From contig CM000434.1 in the NCBI GenBank assembly GCA_000165345.1, positions 416,001 through 480,000 of the forward strand: a stretch of DNA of 64,000 nt, given 5' to 3'. Positions 1-10,838 of this stretch are shown here, in pieces. Below the pieces are notes generated by a model. That model saw only the letters and a list, made by a program, of their open reading frames with translations. It had not been told where the DNA came from and made no database searches. Each line of letters begins with the position of its first letter. The first letter of the stretch is position 1. The translations under genes were made by a program, and so were the position numbers.

Positions 1-796
1 TCTTATCAATGTAGTTTGCTCTCCCCAAAAAGTAAAGCAGAGAGAATATCCACCATGAGTAACAAACATCTGGTGCCTTCTCAGGCCTACCATTAAATCC
101 CCCACAAAGAAGTTGTCTTTCGCAAAGCCAGAAGGCAAGCCTATCAATATTTATTATATCCAGAGAGTTTAAAAGTGCAAGCGAAACAACACAGCAGTAT
201 GTGTATGCTGCATGTGATTCTGAGCACGGAACTCCGCCAAATGCTCCATCAGAATTGTAACACCTTAATAAATAAGACCGGGCGCCTATTATGTCAATTT
301 CGTTTATTCGGTTTAGAATTGTTAGGCTTGATAGTGCACAGTAGGAAAATCTGCAATCAGTCTCCAAATATTGATCGCAACGAAATGACCCATCCTTATT
401 TTGGAGTGAAGATATCCACTTTGAAATTTTAGCTGAATCAGCTTGATCTAGTTTGCCAATCATAATTAGTATAAGGAGTGCGTAATGCGTGGAAACTATG
501 TTAGCGTTTAACCCCTTATTCTGAGAATAACCAACCATCGTCACATCTCCATCAACAAATACTTTACAGCTCTCAACAAACTCAAAAATACGAGTCTCTA
601 GTTTTTTAATTTGATTTCTATCTTCACTTTGTAAATTATTAAATAATAGCTTCATACTTCCAATACCCCAAAATAGACCTGACATTTTGATGGGGTAACT
701 TAGAAGACTATTAACTGTTTCCTTATTGGAATACAGATCCAATAGAAACTCATAATGTTTCTGAGAATTTAATTTTTTAGTAGATAAACTTTGCAT
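1..796 (-). CDS. Protein prenyltransferase beta subunit (Rab geranylgeranyltransferase beta-like), 3'-partial; ORF runs off the left window edge
   Basis: Minus-strand ATG at 796, open frame to position 1. Translation [51 protein letters not shown]...[24 protein letters not shown]...[20 protein letters not shown]...[18 protein letters not shown] shows the repeated G-G-F-x-G-R/P and D-x-C-Y-S-W-W alpha-alpha toroid repeats of prenyltransferase beta subunits. The N-terminus resembles Bet2/RabGGTB. Missing from the ORF track because no stop lies inside the window. The + strand ORF 175..432 is antisense noise inside it. Confidence 0.6.
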   Translation of the reverse strand, partial: MQSLSTKKLNSQKHYEFLLDLYSNKETVNSLLSYPIKMSGLFWGIGSMKLLFNNLQSEDRNQIKKLETRIFEFVESCKVFVDGDVTMVGYSQNKGLNANIVSTHYALLILIMIGKLDQADSAKISKWISSLQNKDGSFRCDQYLETDCRFSYCALSSLTILNRINEIDIIGARSYLLRCYNSDGAFGGVPCSESHAAYTYCCVVSLALLNSLDIINIDRLAFWLCERQLLCGGFNGRPEKAPDVCYSWWIFSLLYFLGRANYIDK

Positions 797-875
797 TTAG
801 AATAATTAATAATACTTTAAGTTATCGCGGCAAGCAATACAAATATATAATGGTAAAAAAGGTGAACTTAAAATT

Positions 876-3707
876 TTAGGCCCAGTAGAGAGCCCAATCA
901 TGAAGAGTATCAACAACTGCGGGAAAAAGTGCATTTGATGACGTCATAATTATTTCTCTTAAATACCTTTCTGCCTCTTTTTCTGATTGATCCAACCTGA
1001 ACTTATCTTTAATTCTTTCCAAAATAGCTGTATAGTTGTTTTCAGGTCTTGAATTGAGATCCTTTATACTACTATCAACCATCAATAACAAAACATTTAA
1101 TATTAGCCATGACTTCCTGCGAATATACCTATAATAATCGCAGCATTTGTCAACAAAAAGCTTGAATCCTAATGAGTTTAATCCGCCCATAGCTTCTATC
1201 ATTTCTGAACAAATTTTCATTGGTGGTGGGAAAGGTTTCGGATCTTCTCCAAATATATATCCAAAATCAACATGTAAAAAGTGGCCGCTTTTCCCGACCA
1301 GTAGATTATCAAGATGCCGATCTCCAACACCAAGTATAAATGTAATAACGCTATATGCTGCGCAACTAGTTATAAAGGTGGTTAGAACATTATGAGGAAT
1401 ATTGTTTATGTTAGTTTTATATGCATTTGCCCAATAATTCAATATGCAATTTTTTCCATATTTTTTTCTGATTGATCCGATTGAAGAAAAATCGTCAAGA
1501 AATTCAATTAATCCATCAAATTGCGAAAACGGCGTAACTTTATATGTGATAATTGAACTGTTCGCATTCCATTCGTTAAGTAGCTTATAAGATATCTCCA
1601 AAAGTTGTACAACTAATCTATCTTGTCTCAAATCATCCCCCACCTTGTACATATATTTTGATTCAACTACAGGATATATTGATTCGGATGTGTAAATATC
1701 CTCTCTCGGAACATTTGCCTGACTATTTTCTTTTTTGCTATTATTGACAATTGCCATTCTACAAGAAAATATAATTGGGCATTGAGAAGACTTGATAATA
1801 AAACTTTCGCTTGGAACAATACCAATTAACGCTCTATTAACATCAATTGGAAGTAGAAGAAGATCACTCAAGTTCGTTATATTTAACAATGGCAGCTCAA
1901 TTCCCTCGATTTTTGAAGGAAGACCCTTTAAACTTTCAATATTGTGACTACTAACAAATTTTAAAGAAAGTAAGTTTCTTTTTTTGCTACAATAATTCGA
2001 AAATTCGCTTTCAACTTTTAACATTAATTTGATCGAGTTGATTAATTTAACAGTTATTTTATCTATACCTGTTGAACGTGAAGAAATCTTTGATTGAGAA
2101 TAAGGCATCTTTCCTAGTTCAAAATCGCTCAATATACTTTGAAATTTTTGTATTTTTTTCTCTGCTCTTTCTCTCTTACAGTCTTCAACTGAAATACGAT
2201 GTATCCATAACAACGTTGCTCTAAATTGTATCTGGCAAAGAATTAGATCAATTATTTCTAAACAGAAATGATATTTACAGCAATGAGATTCCTCCATACT
2301 TTCTTTAATATTATAATTATTATAATCAGCAAGGCCATCAACTATTTCGAATATTGTCTGCTCAAAGACTTTAGGATATTCTTGAATTGAAATTTCCGAA
2401 ATTAACAACCAAAATAATTCAACACAAAATTCTAGATCGCATGTTGCTTTTCTTTTTAGAAACTTCATGAGCTCAGTTCCATTTTCATATCTAAGAGACT
2501 GAACCAGTTGTGGTAGAACAAGAAATAACTCTTCTTTTGTGCAAAATTCCAAGCTTTCTATTGCAAGCTTGCGAATATTCAAGAACTCCTTATATTTTCT
2601 TGAAAGCAAATTTAACGAGTCTTCAATATTCAAAATTCTTTTTTTATGAGTATCAATCGGTTCTTTAATTGTTTGAATGATTGAGCTGATTAAATAATCA
2701 ATTTCAACCATTATTTCTTTATCGCTTAAATTAATAAAATGAAACAACATAGGTATTCCTGCCTTAAATCTGAATAAATAAAACCTGTATTTCCAGATCA
2801 ATCCAACCTCATCCTCATATAAGTCTGTATTATTGAACTTTGTAATATATCCTATATATAATTGATTTATTGCTCTTTCTAACTCCAACCTCTCTTTATT
2901 CATTAAATAATTATTAATTAATGAATTCTCCACAGAAAAACAAGGTAAACGATCTATTGAACATTTGTTATTATTCATTAGAAGACTGAAATCAATTCTT
3001 TTCCCCGAATCTCCAACAGTTGATAGATTTATGTGATCCGAAATAATATTAAAAATGCAACTAGAATTAATTATTTGTTTTGTATTCAAAACGTTTTTAT
3101 TGGCCATTATGTAAGAAACCTTCTTTTCTTTAAAGTTAAATGATAAGCGTAAATAACCAAGTAATTTATCGCTAAATTTGCTCAAATAAATGTCATCTTG
3201 AAATTTATTTTCTTGTGGGAAAAGTATTTCATATATTTGTGCATTCAAATCAAAAATTAATTTTTCCTCGAATACCCCCGAAAAGTTTATTAGAATAGGT
3301 AAGTTAATAGATGAAAGTTTTTCAGTGTAATAAGCCGAAACCAAAGGAAGTATGGAGTACCCGAGTACAAATTCTCCATTACCAAGGTAATTTTCATCTA
3401 ACAGTTTAAAAATATAGACATTAGTATAGTTGCAAAGCGATGAAAAATTAACTGCTCCGCAATTAGGCAAGCCAATCTCACAATTAACACATATCTTCTC
3501 ACTTTTTTTATTTATGTTTTTATCAATTACAATCAGCTGCGATTGAATTGCAGTTTTACTATCTGAAATGATTTTTCCGGATGAATTTATTAAGTATTGC
3601 TCACAATGAACTCTTAGTGCAATTGGAAAGTATTTCATATTCATGAGCGAATATTTACTTTGTATTTTCTCAAATGAGAATGCAATGTAGTCTATGTTAA
3701 CATTCAT
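876..3707 (-). CDS. Phosphatidylinositol 3-kinase, class III (Vps34-like)
   Basis: 943-aa ORF. Catalytic-loop/activation-segment block GDRHLDNLLVGKSGHFLHVDFGYIFGEDPKPFPPPMKICSEMIEAMGG is near-identical to the Vps34 consensus (GDRHLDNLLLT..G.LFHIDFGYILGRDPKP.PPPMKL..EMVE.MGG). N-terminal C2-like and helical accessory regions precede it. Length is Vps34-like. Confidence 0.85.
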   Translation of the reverse strand: MNVNIDYIAFSFEKIQSKYSLMNMKYFPIALRVHCEQYLINSSGKIISDSKTAIQSQLIVIDKNINKKSEKICVNCEIGLPNCGAVNFSSLCNYTNVYIFKLLDENYLGNGEFVLGYSILPLVSAYYTEKLSSINLPILINFSGVFEEKLIFDLNAQIYEILFPQENKFQDDIYLSKFSDKLLGYLRLSFNFKEKKVSYIMANKNVLNTKQIINSSCIFNIISDHINLSTVGDSGKRIDFSLLMNNNKCSIDRLPCFSVENSLINNYLMNKERLELERAINQLYIGYITKFNNTDLYEDEVGLIWKYRFYLFRFKAGIPMLFHFINLSDKEIMVEIDYLISSIIQTIKEPIDTHKKRILNIEDSLNLLSRKYKEFLNIRKLAIESLEFCTKEELFLVLPQLVQSLRYENGTELMKFLKRKATCDLEFCVELFWLLISEISIQEYPKVFEQTIFEIVDGLADYNNYNIKESMEESHCCKYHFCLEIIDLILCQIQFRATLLWIHRISVEDCKRERAEKKIQKFQSILSDFELGKMPYSQSKISSRSTGIDKITVKLINSIKLMLKVESEFSNYCSKKRNLLSLKFVSSHNIESLKGLPSKIEGIELPLLNITNLSDLLLLPIDVNRALIGIVPSESFIIKSSQCPIIFSCRMAIVNNSKKENSQANVPREDIYTSESIYPVVESKYMYKVGDDLRQDRLVVQLLEISYKLLNEWNANSSIITYKVTPFSQFDGLIEFLDDFSSIGSIRKKYGKNCILNYWANAYKTNINNIPHNVLTTFITSCAAYSVITFILGVGDRHLDNLLVGKSGHFLHVDFGYIFGEDPKPFPPPMKICSEMIEAMGGLNSLGFKLFVDKCCDYYRYIRRKSWLILNVLLLMVDSSIKDLNSRPENNYTAILERIKDKFRLDQSEKEAERYLREIIMTSSNALFPAVVDTLHDWALYWA

Positions 3708-3876
3708 TAGTTATTGAGTTTCTTAAATCTACTTCATTTCATCCTACGAAAAAAATTGTTCACACTAAATAAATATTACCGGTATATGTAACAAAGTCTA
3801 CCGCCTTTATTTCAATTAAAAGCGTCTCTTAAAGTATTCATATTAAATGCGTTAGAGGCAGCTTTTTTTCACTCTC

Positions 3877-5883
3877 ATGATTGATAAATCGAGAAGAGGA
3901 CTTAGTCCGCTGATAAGCTATTCAATTCAAAGCCAAGGATGTCTGACGGCAGATCAACAAACTTATTTGCATCTTTCGAACCAGAATTTCAATGGTTTTA
4001 AAGATTTTTATTCTTCAGGCTTAATGACCTTTAAGCAGTTTACTTTAAGTCAAGACGATAATTTAGCTCCAAATGAACTTATTGAAATGTATGATTCTTA
4101 CAAGACTAAATACGTTCAAAAACATCAATTAGAATTTTTAGAAAATAATAGAAACTCGCCCCTAATTCTCGAAAAATTTCACCCAATTTGGATTAGAAAA
4201 ATTATTGATGAACGGAGAAATTTGGTTTTAAAGCGTATTGAAGTTTTTTCTCTGAAATTAAAAAGAGGAGGATTTAGTACAGTAAATAAAACAAACAATG
4301 ACGTCGAAAAAATAGGCTGTGAAATTACTATTACTGATACTAGTCACACTAATGAGAATGACTCGATTACGGTATTTGGAGATTATCCTAATTTTGAGAC
4401 TGATTTGAAATCTCACATTATGTTGCTTACAGACATTCCTAGTTATATTTCATATTTAGATATAACAAAGTTCTTTAACAGTGATTTTCCATTAACAGAT
4501 GGGGGGCTTGGGAAATGCGAAGGTTTCCTTGATATTCTTCTTTCTCCTCCCAGATTTACACGTGGTATTTTAAACAGACATTGTTATGTTTTATTTGATA
4601 ATATGAAGAATAGAGATTCTGCAATTGAATTAATAAAAGGCAAAACAATAAAGTCTTCAGTTACTACTAATTCAATTATTATGTCCTACTGTGATGCGAA
4701 TAATCAGATGGAAGATACAAATGAACATGAAGATCTAGTTGTACAACAACCTGGCGCAAAGTTTTCAATTTATATTATTCAAGCAAAGACTTACAATGAA
4801 AATTATTCCTTAAAAATTAGGCAAATTTCAAATACTTTCTTAACTCAAGAAAGACTTTCAAAAGACAAGAATAATATGAAAAGGATTATTGAAAAAATTG
4901 AAAATGATCAAAGTATTAACTCTAACATAATTGAAGTGATAGAAAGCGTAGGAGGTAGCGACCCCATGAATATTAAAACTGTTGTCGACTTGATGTCGTT
5001 ATATCTAAAGTTTGCGCATGGATTAGACTATTATTCATTATCTACATCACATCCTGTACAATTCATTTCATTTAGCCCTTCAAATCAACAGATTCTGGAA
5101 TGTTCTTCAGATCTTAATAATACGAAAGACTTGAATTTATCTGACACTTTCAGTCGAGAAAATCACGAAAATTCAACCAAAAATAACGAAAAGTCATTCA
5201 TTATATATAGCAATCTCACATTTTTATCTAAGGGATATATCGATACTTTATTTACGAATAAATTTAAAATTTGGTATCAAAGAGACGAAGGTAGTATTTC
5301 CGAATCGCAAATATGCAAGGAGAAAATGGATGAATTTCAAAATCAAGCTCTAGCTAATCAGCTTGAAGAAAATGTTAATATTTTGTTAAAGCTACCATCT
5401 ATTTTTGACCTATTACCCCAACCAATCGAAGATAATGATGAGTCACTCTCTTGTTCATGGAAGAGATATTGTGAACAGCATACATTAAGGAAAAAAGCTG
5501 ATAGATGGCAGTGTGGTAAATGTTTGAAGCAATTTAAAGGTGAAGAATATGTTCATAAACATCTTGCTAAAAAACATAAAGATTTTCTGGAAACAATTAG
5601 AGAAGAAATTACATTTGAAAGAATTATCAAGCCAATAGCAGAAAAATTTCCATATTTAATATACCCAATGAATGCTGACGAGCTTAATATAAGCTCAATA
5701 AATAGGAGAGTAAATGGCAATGGAAATTCTCAAGGTGTATATAGATCAAGAAACAACAAGCACTTACGTTCCAACCCATTCGAAAAAAGAAAGCATTTTA
5801 GAGACTGGGATACGCCAAAACAACAAACAACTATTAACTCATCAAATGATATGAGAACTTCGATAAAATATGATGACTTATAG
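3877..5883 (+). CDS. SERRATE/ARS2 (SRRT)-like zinc-finger RNA-processing protein
   Basis: 668-aa ORF. C-terminal block WQCGKCLKQFKGEEYVHKHLAKKHKDFLETIREEITFERI aligns with the ARS2/SERRATE C2H2 finger region (C..[35 protein letters not shown]). Confidence 0.65.
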   Translation: MIDKSRRGLSPLISYSIQSQGCLTADQQTYLHLSNQNFNGFKDFYSSGLMTFKQFTLSQDDNLAPNELIEMYDSYKTKYVQKHQLEFLENNRNSPLILEKFHPIWIRKIIDERRNLVLKRIEVFSLKLKRGGFSTVNKTNNDVEKIGCEITITDTSHTNENDSITVFGDYPNFETDLKSHIMLLTDIPSYISYLDITKFFNSDFPLTDGGLGKCEGFLDILLSPPRFTRGILNRHCYVLFDNMKNRDSAIELIKGKTIKSSVTTNSIIMSYCDANNQMEDTNEHEDLVVQQPGAKFSIYIIQAKTYNENYSLKIRQISNTFLTQERLSKDKNNMKRIIEKIENDQSINSNIIEVIESVGGSDPMNIKTVVDLMSLYLKFAHGLDYYSLSTSHPVQFISFSPSNQQILECSSDLNNTKDLNLSDTFSRENHENSTKNNEKSFIIYSNLTFLSKGYIDTLFTNKFKIWYQRDEGSISESQICKEKMDEFQNQALANQLEENVNILLKLPSIFDLLPQPIEDNDESLSCSWKRYCEQHTLRKKADRWQCGKCLKQFKGEEYVHKHLAKKHKDFLETIREEITFERIIKPIAEKFPYLIYPMNADELNISSINRRVNGNGNSQGVYRSRNNKHLRSNPFEKRKHFRDWDTPKQQTTINSSNDMRTSIKYDDL

Positions 5884-6088
5884 GCATTTGTTTTTTGTGA
5901 TACTGACTAACTTTGTTTATTCACTAGAAAAAAAATAAATTGTGGATAATCAACAAATTTTGTGCATTATATAAAGCACACTTTTCCATTTCAACATGCC
6001 AATTTTTAATTTCCTTTAAGACGCATGTTCTGAAGCTAACCAAACAATTTTATTATTCTATTTCATTATTTTTTTAGAATATAAAATT

Positions 6089-7834
6089 TTAAGTTGTAAT
6101 TTCTATATGCCTCCAAGAGTTCAAAACAGTTCTATCTACATTAGTTATTTTTAAGTTGTTGATTGTCTCTTGATAATTTTGATAAATCTGATCAATATTT
6201 GAACATGAAGAATTTGTATTATCGCTTTTTTTATTTGGAAATTTACATCCTGGAACTTTAGGGCTGAACAAGACGCTTTCGCATGAGTTTAACTTTGATT
6301 GAGTGGGAACGGAGTCGTATAAATTCAAGTATAAATTATCGCATGTAAAAGGGTATGAACCACACTTTTTTTCTGGTTGCATGAAGCAATCTGAAAATCT
6401 TAAGGAATTTATTCCTAATTGATTAAAAAAATACAAAAATGAATCGTAGTCTTGCTTATTTGAAGGTATACAAATTACAATGCCCTTCTGCCCAAATCTA
6501 CCAGATCTACCTGCACGATGCAAAAAAGTCTCTCTATCAATAGGTACATCGATATTAATTATAAGATCAATCATTCTTATGTCAATTCCACGTGCAAGTA
6601 AGTCAGAACAGACTACAACCCTACACTTATTTTCAATTAATGAAGTAATTATTTCCTCTCTTTCAATTTGCGATCTTTTTCCATTTGTATATAAAGTTGG
6701 GATATTTAATGAATTTAAAGCAGACATAACTTTATATCCAACAGAACCATTATTAGTAAAAATAAGTGACTGCCTAAATGGAACTTTGATCAAAATATCG
6801 ACAATTGAATTCACTATATATGCCCACTGATGGTAATTGTTTTCAGTTAATCCATCTAGCTGAAATATTTCACTTAAAAAAGAATCGTATAGAAAAAATA
6901 TCATATTTTTTAGTACGGGGTTTTCAAGAGTGTTCGAAACCGATAATCTTGAATTTGGATACATGGCATCTGCATTTCTAATGTCTTGAACATGATTCAA
7001 TACTTCAAGATAGCCAACGTTTACATTTTTTGTTGTGAAGGATGAACATAATTGAATTTGCCTCAACTTAAATAGTTTCTCGTCCCTCGAATTTATGTTG
7101 ATTTTATACAATGTTCTTTTAAGTAGCTGTAATTTATCAATAGGGAAGGTAGCTGAACATGCTATAAATTGAGCAGCTGTAGAACCTAAACATAGTTCTA
7201 ATATATACTTTGATTGCTCAATAAAACAATCTTCAAGAAGACGATCAGCTTCATCAAAAATTATAAAAAAAAGTGAATCCTTCAAAATTTCTACAGAAAA
7301 AAAGTTGTTTGATTCACAATTTATTAATTGAATAAATCTCCCTGGTGTAGATACTAATAAAGTAGGAATGTTGAAATGAAACTTTCCAAAATCTTCGAAA
7401 ATAGGGCTTCCTCCTATACAGCAAACACTGTCTATAGAGTAAATATCTTTAATTGAATTCAAAAACATTGAGATCGTCTTGTTTATTTGAATGCAAATCT
7501 CTCTTGTTGGAGCGATAAAAAGAGATTTTAGTTCGAAACAAAGGCTTGATCGCTCCAAACAGTTATCTAAACTATCCAATAGTTTATTGAGAATAAATAA
7601 AACAAATGCAATAGTTTTTCCGGTTCCGGACTTTGCTTGGACTAATAAGTTTTCCTCTATAGCTCCTTGACTCAAAATATGATATTGCACAGGCGAAGGA
7701 AAAATAAAACCATTAGAGAAAAGTGCATCAATTAAGCACCTGTGAAGAGGAAAATCTGAAAACCTTATATTATGACTTACTTTAAGCCTGATATCATCAG
7801 GAAGTTCATTTTTTTTTAAGTCTTGTGAAAACAT
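6089..7834 (-). CDS. DEAD-box ATP-dependent RNA helicase with a C-terminal extension
   Basis: 581-aa ORF with Q motif (F..PSPVQ), motif I AKSGTGKT, motif II IIFDEADRLL (DEAD), motif III SAT (CSATFP), ARGID and motif VI HRAGRSGRFG. The extra roughly 150-aa C-terminal tail is not assignable to a subfamily by eye. Confidence 0.85.
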   Translation of the reverse strand: MFSQDLKKNELPDDIRLKVSHNIRFSDFPLHRCLIDALFSNGFIFPSPVQYHILSQGAIEENLLVQAKSGTGKTIAFVLFILNKLLDSLDNCLERSSLCFELKSLFIAPTREICIQINKTISMFLNSIKDIYSIDSVCCIGGSPIFEDFGKFHFNIPTLLVSTPGRFIQLINCESNNFFSVEILKDSLFFIIFDEADRLLEDCFIEQSKYILELCLGSTAAQFIACSATFPIDKLQLLKRTLYKININSRDEKLFKLRQIQLCSSFTTKNVNVGYLEVLNHVQDIRNADAMYPNSRLSVSNTLENPVLKNMIFFLYDSFLSEIFQLDGLTENNYHQWAYIVNSIVDILIKVPFRQSLIFTNNGSVGYKVMSALNSLNIPTLYTNGKRSQIEREEIITSLIENKCRVVVCSDLLARGIDIRMIDLIINIDVPIDRETFLHRAGRSGRFGQKGIVICIPSNKQDYDSFLYFFNQLGINSLRFSDCFMQPEKKCGSYPFTCDNLYLNLYDSVPTQSKLNSCESVLFSPKVPGCKFPNKKSDNTNSSCSNIDQIYQNYQETINNLKITNVDRTVLNSWRHIEITT

Positions 7835-7886
7835 CTAAGTAATTCATGAATTTATTTATTGCGCCAAAAGCAAACAAATATTGAAA

Positions 7887-10775
7887 CTATGCCATAATAT
7901 TGGGATGAATATTCATTGGAAATAAATTTGAAATAGTTGAAACTAAACAACTTTTCTTATTAACCACAGCAGCATTCATAGTTACAGGGGAAGCAATAGG
8001 ATAATCAAATTTAATTTGTATTAAATCAGTCATTGAGATCCTTAATGTATCTTTAGCTATTGGAAAAACGTAAGCCTGTCTACTGTCAACCATCAATGGA
8101 ATTGTGTCATTTTTAATTGGGTCATCTTTTTTAGAATGAGTTGCAATAAACGATGTTGATTTGTTTATTTGGCAATATACATTGGCTGTATTATAGCTTT
8201 CAAAATTAATAGAGTTTACTTCATTCAAAATGGTATGTGGCCCACAAATTAAAGATTTTCTGTTATCATTGTCACCAAGCTGATTTAAATCTGAATTTTT
8301 AAATCCAAGGGCTTGAGGTGTTTGAATAAATAAGTGTACACTTTGATCAATTGACGTTTTTTCTTTATTTATCGATGAATGAACATCAAAACTAATACAT
8401 ACTGGAATTTTTTGTAAAACTTTGAATGGAAATGTATAAAACTTGGTCTTAGTTCTTTTGAGAATAATATCTTTTATTTTTGAAAAAACAACTTTTGAAG
8501 AACCATCTAAGTATTCAGGATGGCTTTCTTGATAATATGTGTTAAATTTACATATGATACATTGGCAAAATAAGCTCCTGAATTCAATCAACTTGTCAGT
8601 TAAATTCCCTAATAATAAGCAAAGCTTTTCATATTTGTTTTTTTTTGGCATATAATTTTCAAAAAAGTACGAAGATGATATTGATCCGCAAATATCAGGC
8701 GAAGAAATAATGAAGGATGAACAAATTAGCACATTATTATCAAATATTTTGCATAATTCACTGCTAAATTTACTGTTAACTGGCCATATAGAGTATGAAA
8801 TCGGTAAATTTACAGTTCTGAATTCTTTTGGACTAGCACCGAAATTAATGTGGCATTTGATCAAATTTGACTGAGTGAAAAATTTACTTCCCATTAGAAA
8901 CTGGACACTTGAGATGTTGAACATAACGTTAGTACGTGGGTTAATTTTTTTGATTTTCAAGTATGAAGTTAGTACTTCTAATAGATTAAAAAAGCTTTTC
9001 CTGTTCATGGTAATATATGTAATAGAAGTAAATTTACTTATTGAAAATTTAAATATACTTTCTATTGGAGAGTGTTCGCTAAGGCACATCTCCATGGTTG
9101 TGCTTTTCAAAAATTCATTTATTTGAATGTTCCCAATTGACACGAATAATCCCTTTTTGAATAAATTCGTATTTATAAATTTATTTTTTAATTTCATAGG
9201 ATAAAGTCCTAATGAATAATTCAAAATATTCGAATTATAGAGTTGTGGTTTAACTTCAAAATTATATGAACCTGCGTTCTCATTGGAAACCCTAATTCTG
9301 AGATCTGGGATATTTGATGAAAAATTAAATTTTGCAGCTGGATAAAGTAGCAGTAAATCAAAATTAATATTTTTTACAATGGAAGGAGTTTTCCAAATTG
9401 CCCAAAATAAAAAAATCGATATCGATGCATGATAAATCTCTTCTTCTTTGATATAATACTGTTCAAATAAAATGGGTATAATTTCGTGAGCAAAAGTCGA
9501 GTTCTTTATTGCTGCAGACGAAAAAACATTAAATACAAGTTTTTCGTCAAAATGTAGTAGCGGTGATTCAAGTACAGCAGTTAATGCTTTGTGAAGAGCT
9601 TCTACATCTTCAAAATATGAATTAGAGATTACTTTTAATATATTATACCTTGTATATATATTGCTGTCATTAATTATAGGCAATATTTTATTGATATTAT
9701 TTATTGAAATTGGAGAGGTTTCAGATAGATTAGTAATAATTTCTGAGACCAGTGATTGAATTGCGATATTTTCGTCTAAGAAACAGTCGTATACTATTTC
9801 ATTTATTGAATTTAATAGCGCTTTAGAATTTTTTATTTTAATATTTTCTATCAACTCATAAATCAAAATAAAAATCTCGAACCTTACTGCAGGGGATTCA
9901 TCGTCTAACCGTCTGGACAGCCAACCTTTGTCAAATAAATCGTTATTTGAACCACAGTTATTAATTATTCTCTCATAATTTATGATAGAAAATAAATGTG
10001 TAAAAGATTGTCTTGAATTTGCTTCGTGGAATTTGGGTATAGATGCAACAAATAATTCTGGATTAGTGGTATCGCCTTGAATCAAAAGACAATTATTTGT
10101 CTTAGAATCAAGGTAGTTTATGGGAGAAATTGGCGTTGAAAGTGCATCCTCAATAATTGACATATCGAACTCTTCTAATTTAGCAATTAGTGTCGTACAA
10201 TAAACGCAAGCAACCCGAACTCTAGTTTCTGTTGATACACTCAAACAACTGAATATCTGAATAGCTTTTTTCATAGATTTTTGAATAATTGTATTCAATT
10301 CTGAATGTTCTACATACTGTCTCTTTTTCACCCTAATATTAATACATTGACGTTTTAGATTAACTAAAATATCAATCAATAATGGAATTGAGTAAATAAT
10401 TGTAGTTAAAATTTTTGAATCGTTTACAGAGAGCCAAATAACTATTCCTTCAAATAGCTTCGCCATTTTATTAAATGTTTCAAAATAATTGGATTCATTA
10501 GTGAATATTATTGTCGAATTAAATATTCTCAATAGATCACCCAAGAGTACTAGAATGTGATTAAATAACTCATAATCTGCGCTATTTGTTCCATTGTTAT
10601 TTTTTGTCAAATCAAAGGTTATTTCAGGAATTTTTCTTGTAAGTTCATCTAGAGTCACATGAATATTTTCGTCAGATATAACTCCGCCAGAATTAGGTTC
10701 ATACCCAAATAAAATTCCTCTATGTTTTCTCTTTTTTTTTGATTCAATCTTCTTATTTAAAATCATATATTTCAA
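7887..10775 (-). CDS. Hypothetical protein, 962 aa, HEAT/ARM-like helical N-terminal half
   Basis: Long uninterrupted ORF, only 52 nt downstream of the DEAD-box gene on the same strand. Central region (residues roughly 290-440) shows amphipathic helical-repeat periodicity typical of HEAT/ARM solenoids; no catalytic motif recognised. Confidence 0.5.
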   Translation of the reverse strand: MKYMILNKKIESKKKRKHRGILFGYEPNSGGVISDENIHVTLDELTRKIPEITFDLTKNNNGTNSADYELFNHILVLLGDLLRIFNSTIIFTNESNYFETFNKMAKLFEGIVIWLSVNDSKILTTIIYSIPLLIDILVNLKRQCINIRVKKRQYVEHSELNTIIQKSMKKAIQIFSCLSVSTETRVRVACVYCTTLIAKLEEFDMSIIEDALSTPISPINYLDSKTNNCLLIQGDTTNPELFVASIPKFHEANSRQSFTHLFSIINYERIINNCGSNNDLFDKGWLSRRLDDESPAVRFEIFILIYELIENIKIKNSKALLNSINEIVYDCFLDENIAIQSLVSEIITNLSETSPISINNINKILPIINDSNIYTRYNILKVISNSYFEDVEALHKALTAVLESPLLHFDEKLVFNVFSSAAIKNSTFAHEIIPILFEQYYIKEEEIYHASISIFLFWAIWKTPSIVKNINFDLLLLYPAAKFNFSSNIPDLRIRVSNENAGSYNFEVKPQLYNSNILNYSLGLYPMKLKNKFINTNLFKKGLFVSIGNIQINEFLKSTTMEMCLSEHSPIESIFKFSISKFTSITYITMNRKSFFNLLEVLTSYLKIKKINPRTNVMFNISSVQFLMGSKFFTQSNLIKCHINFGASPKEFRTVNLPISYSIWPVNSKFSSELCKIFDNNVLICSSFIISSPDICGSISSSYFFENYMPKKNKYEKLCLLLGNLTDKLIEFRSLFCQCIICKFNTYYQESHPEYLDGSSKVVFSKIKDIILKRTKTKFYTFPFKVLQKIPVCISFDVHSSINKEKTSIDQSVHLFIQTPQALGFKNSDLNQLGDNDNRKSLICGPHTILNEVNSINFESYNTANVYCQINKSTSFIATHSKKDDPIKNDTIPLMVDSRQAYVFPIAKDTLRISMTDLIQIKFDYPIASPVTMNAAVVNKKSCLVSTISNLFPMNIHPNIMA

Positions 10776-10838
10776 ATTTTCAGCGATAAAGGTTAATTAT
10801 TTTATATTTTTTTCTTTCATGTGTAAAAAGAAATTAAC

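Noticed and set aside
175-432. 85-aa + strand ORF
   Set aside because: Lies antisense inside the prenyltransferase-beta coding sequence (minus strand 1..796); no homology, typical AT-rich antisense noise.
1147-1395. 82-aa + strand ORF inside the Vps34 gene
   Set aside because: Antisense to a strongly supported coding region; no features.
6480-6830. 116-aa + strand ORF; likewise 8875..9126, 12703..12930, 14112..14423, 15066..15299, 16095..16391, 22304..22861, 23423..23641, 25802..26071, 27429..27632, 29687..30343, 30563..31171, 32546..32769, 33237..33461, 34021..34562, 38627..38812, 43236..43714, 44798..45007, 46153..46581, 47992..48838, 51619..51849, 52962..53156, 53874..54086, 55430..55624, 58352..58851, 60057..60445
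   Set aside because: All are short ORFs embedded antisense (or out of frame) within long, homology-supported genes; none shows a domain signature.
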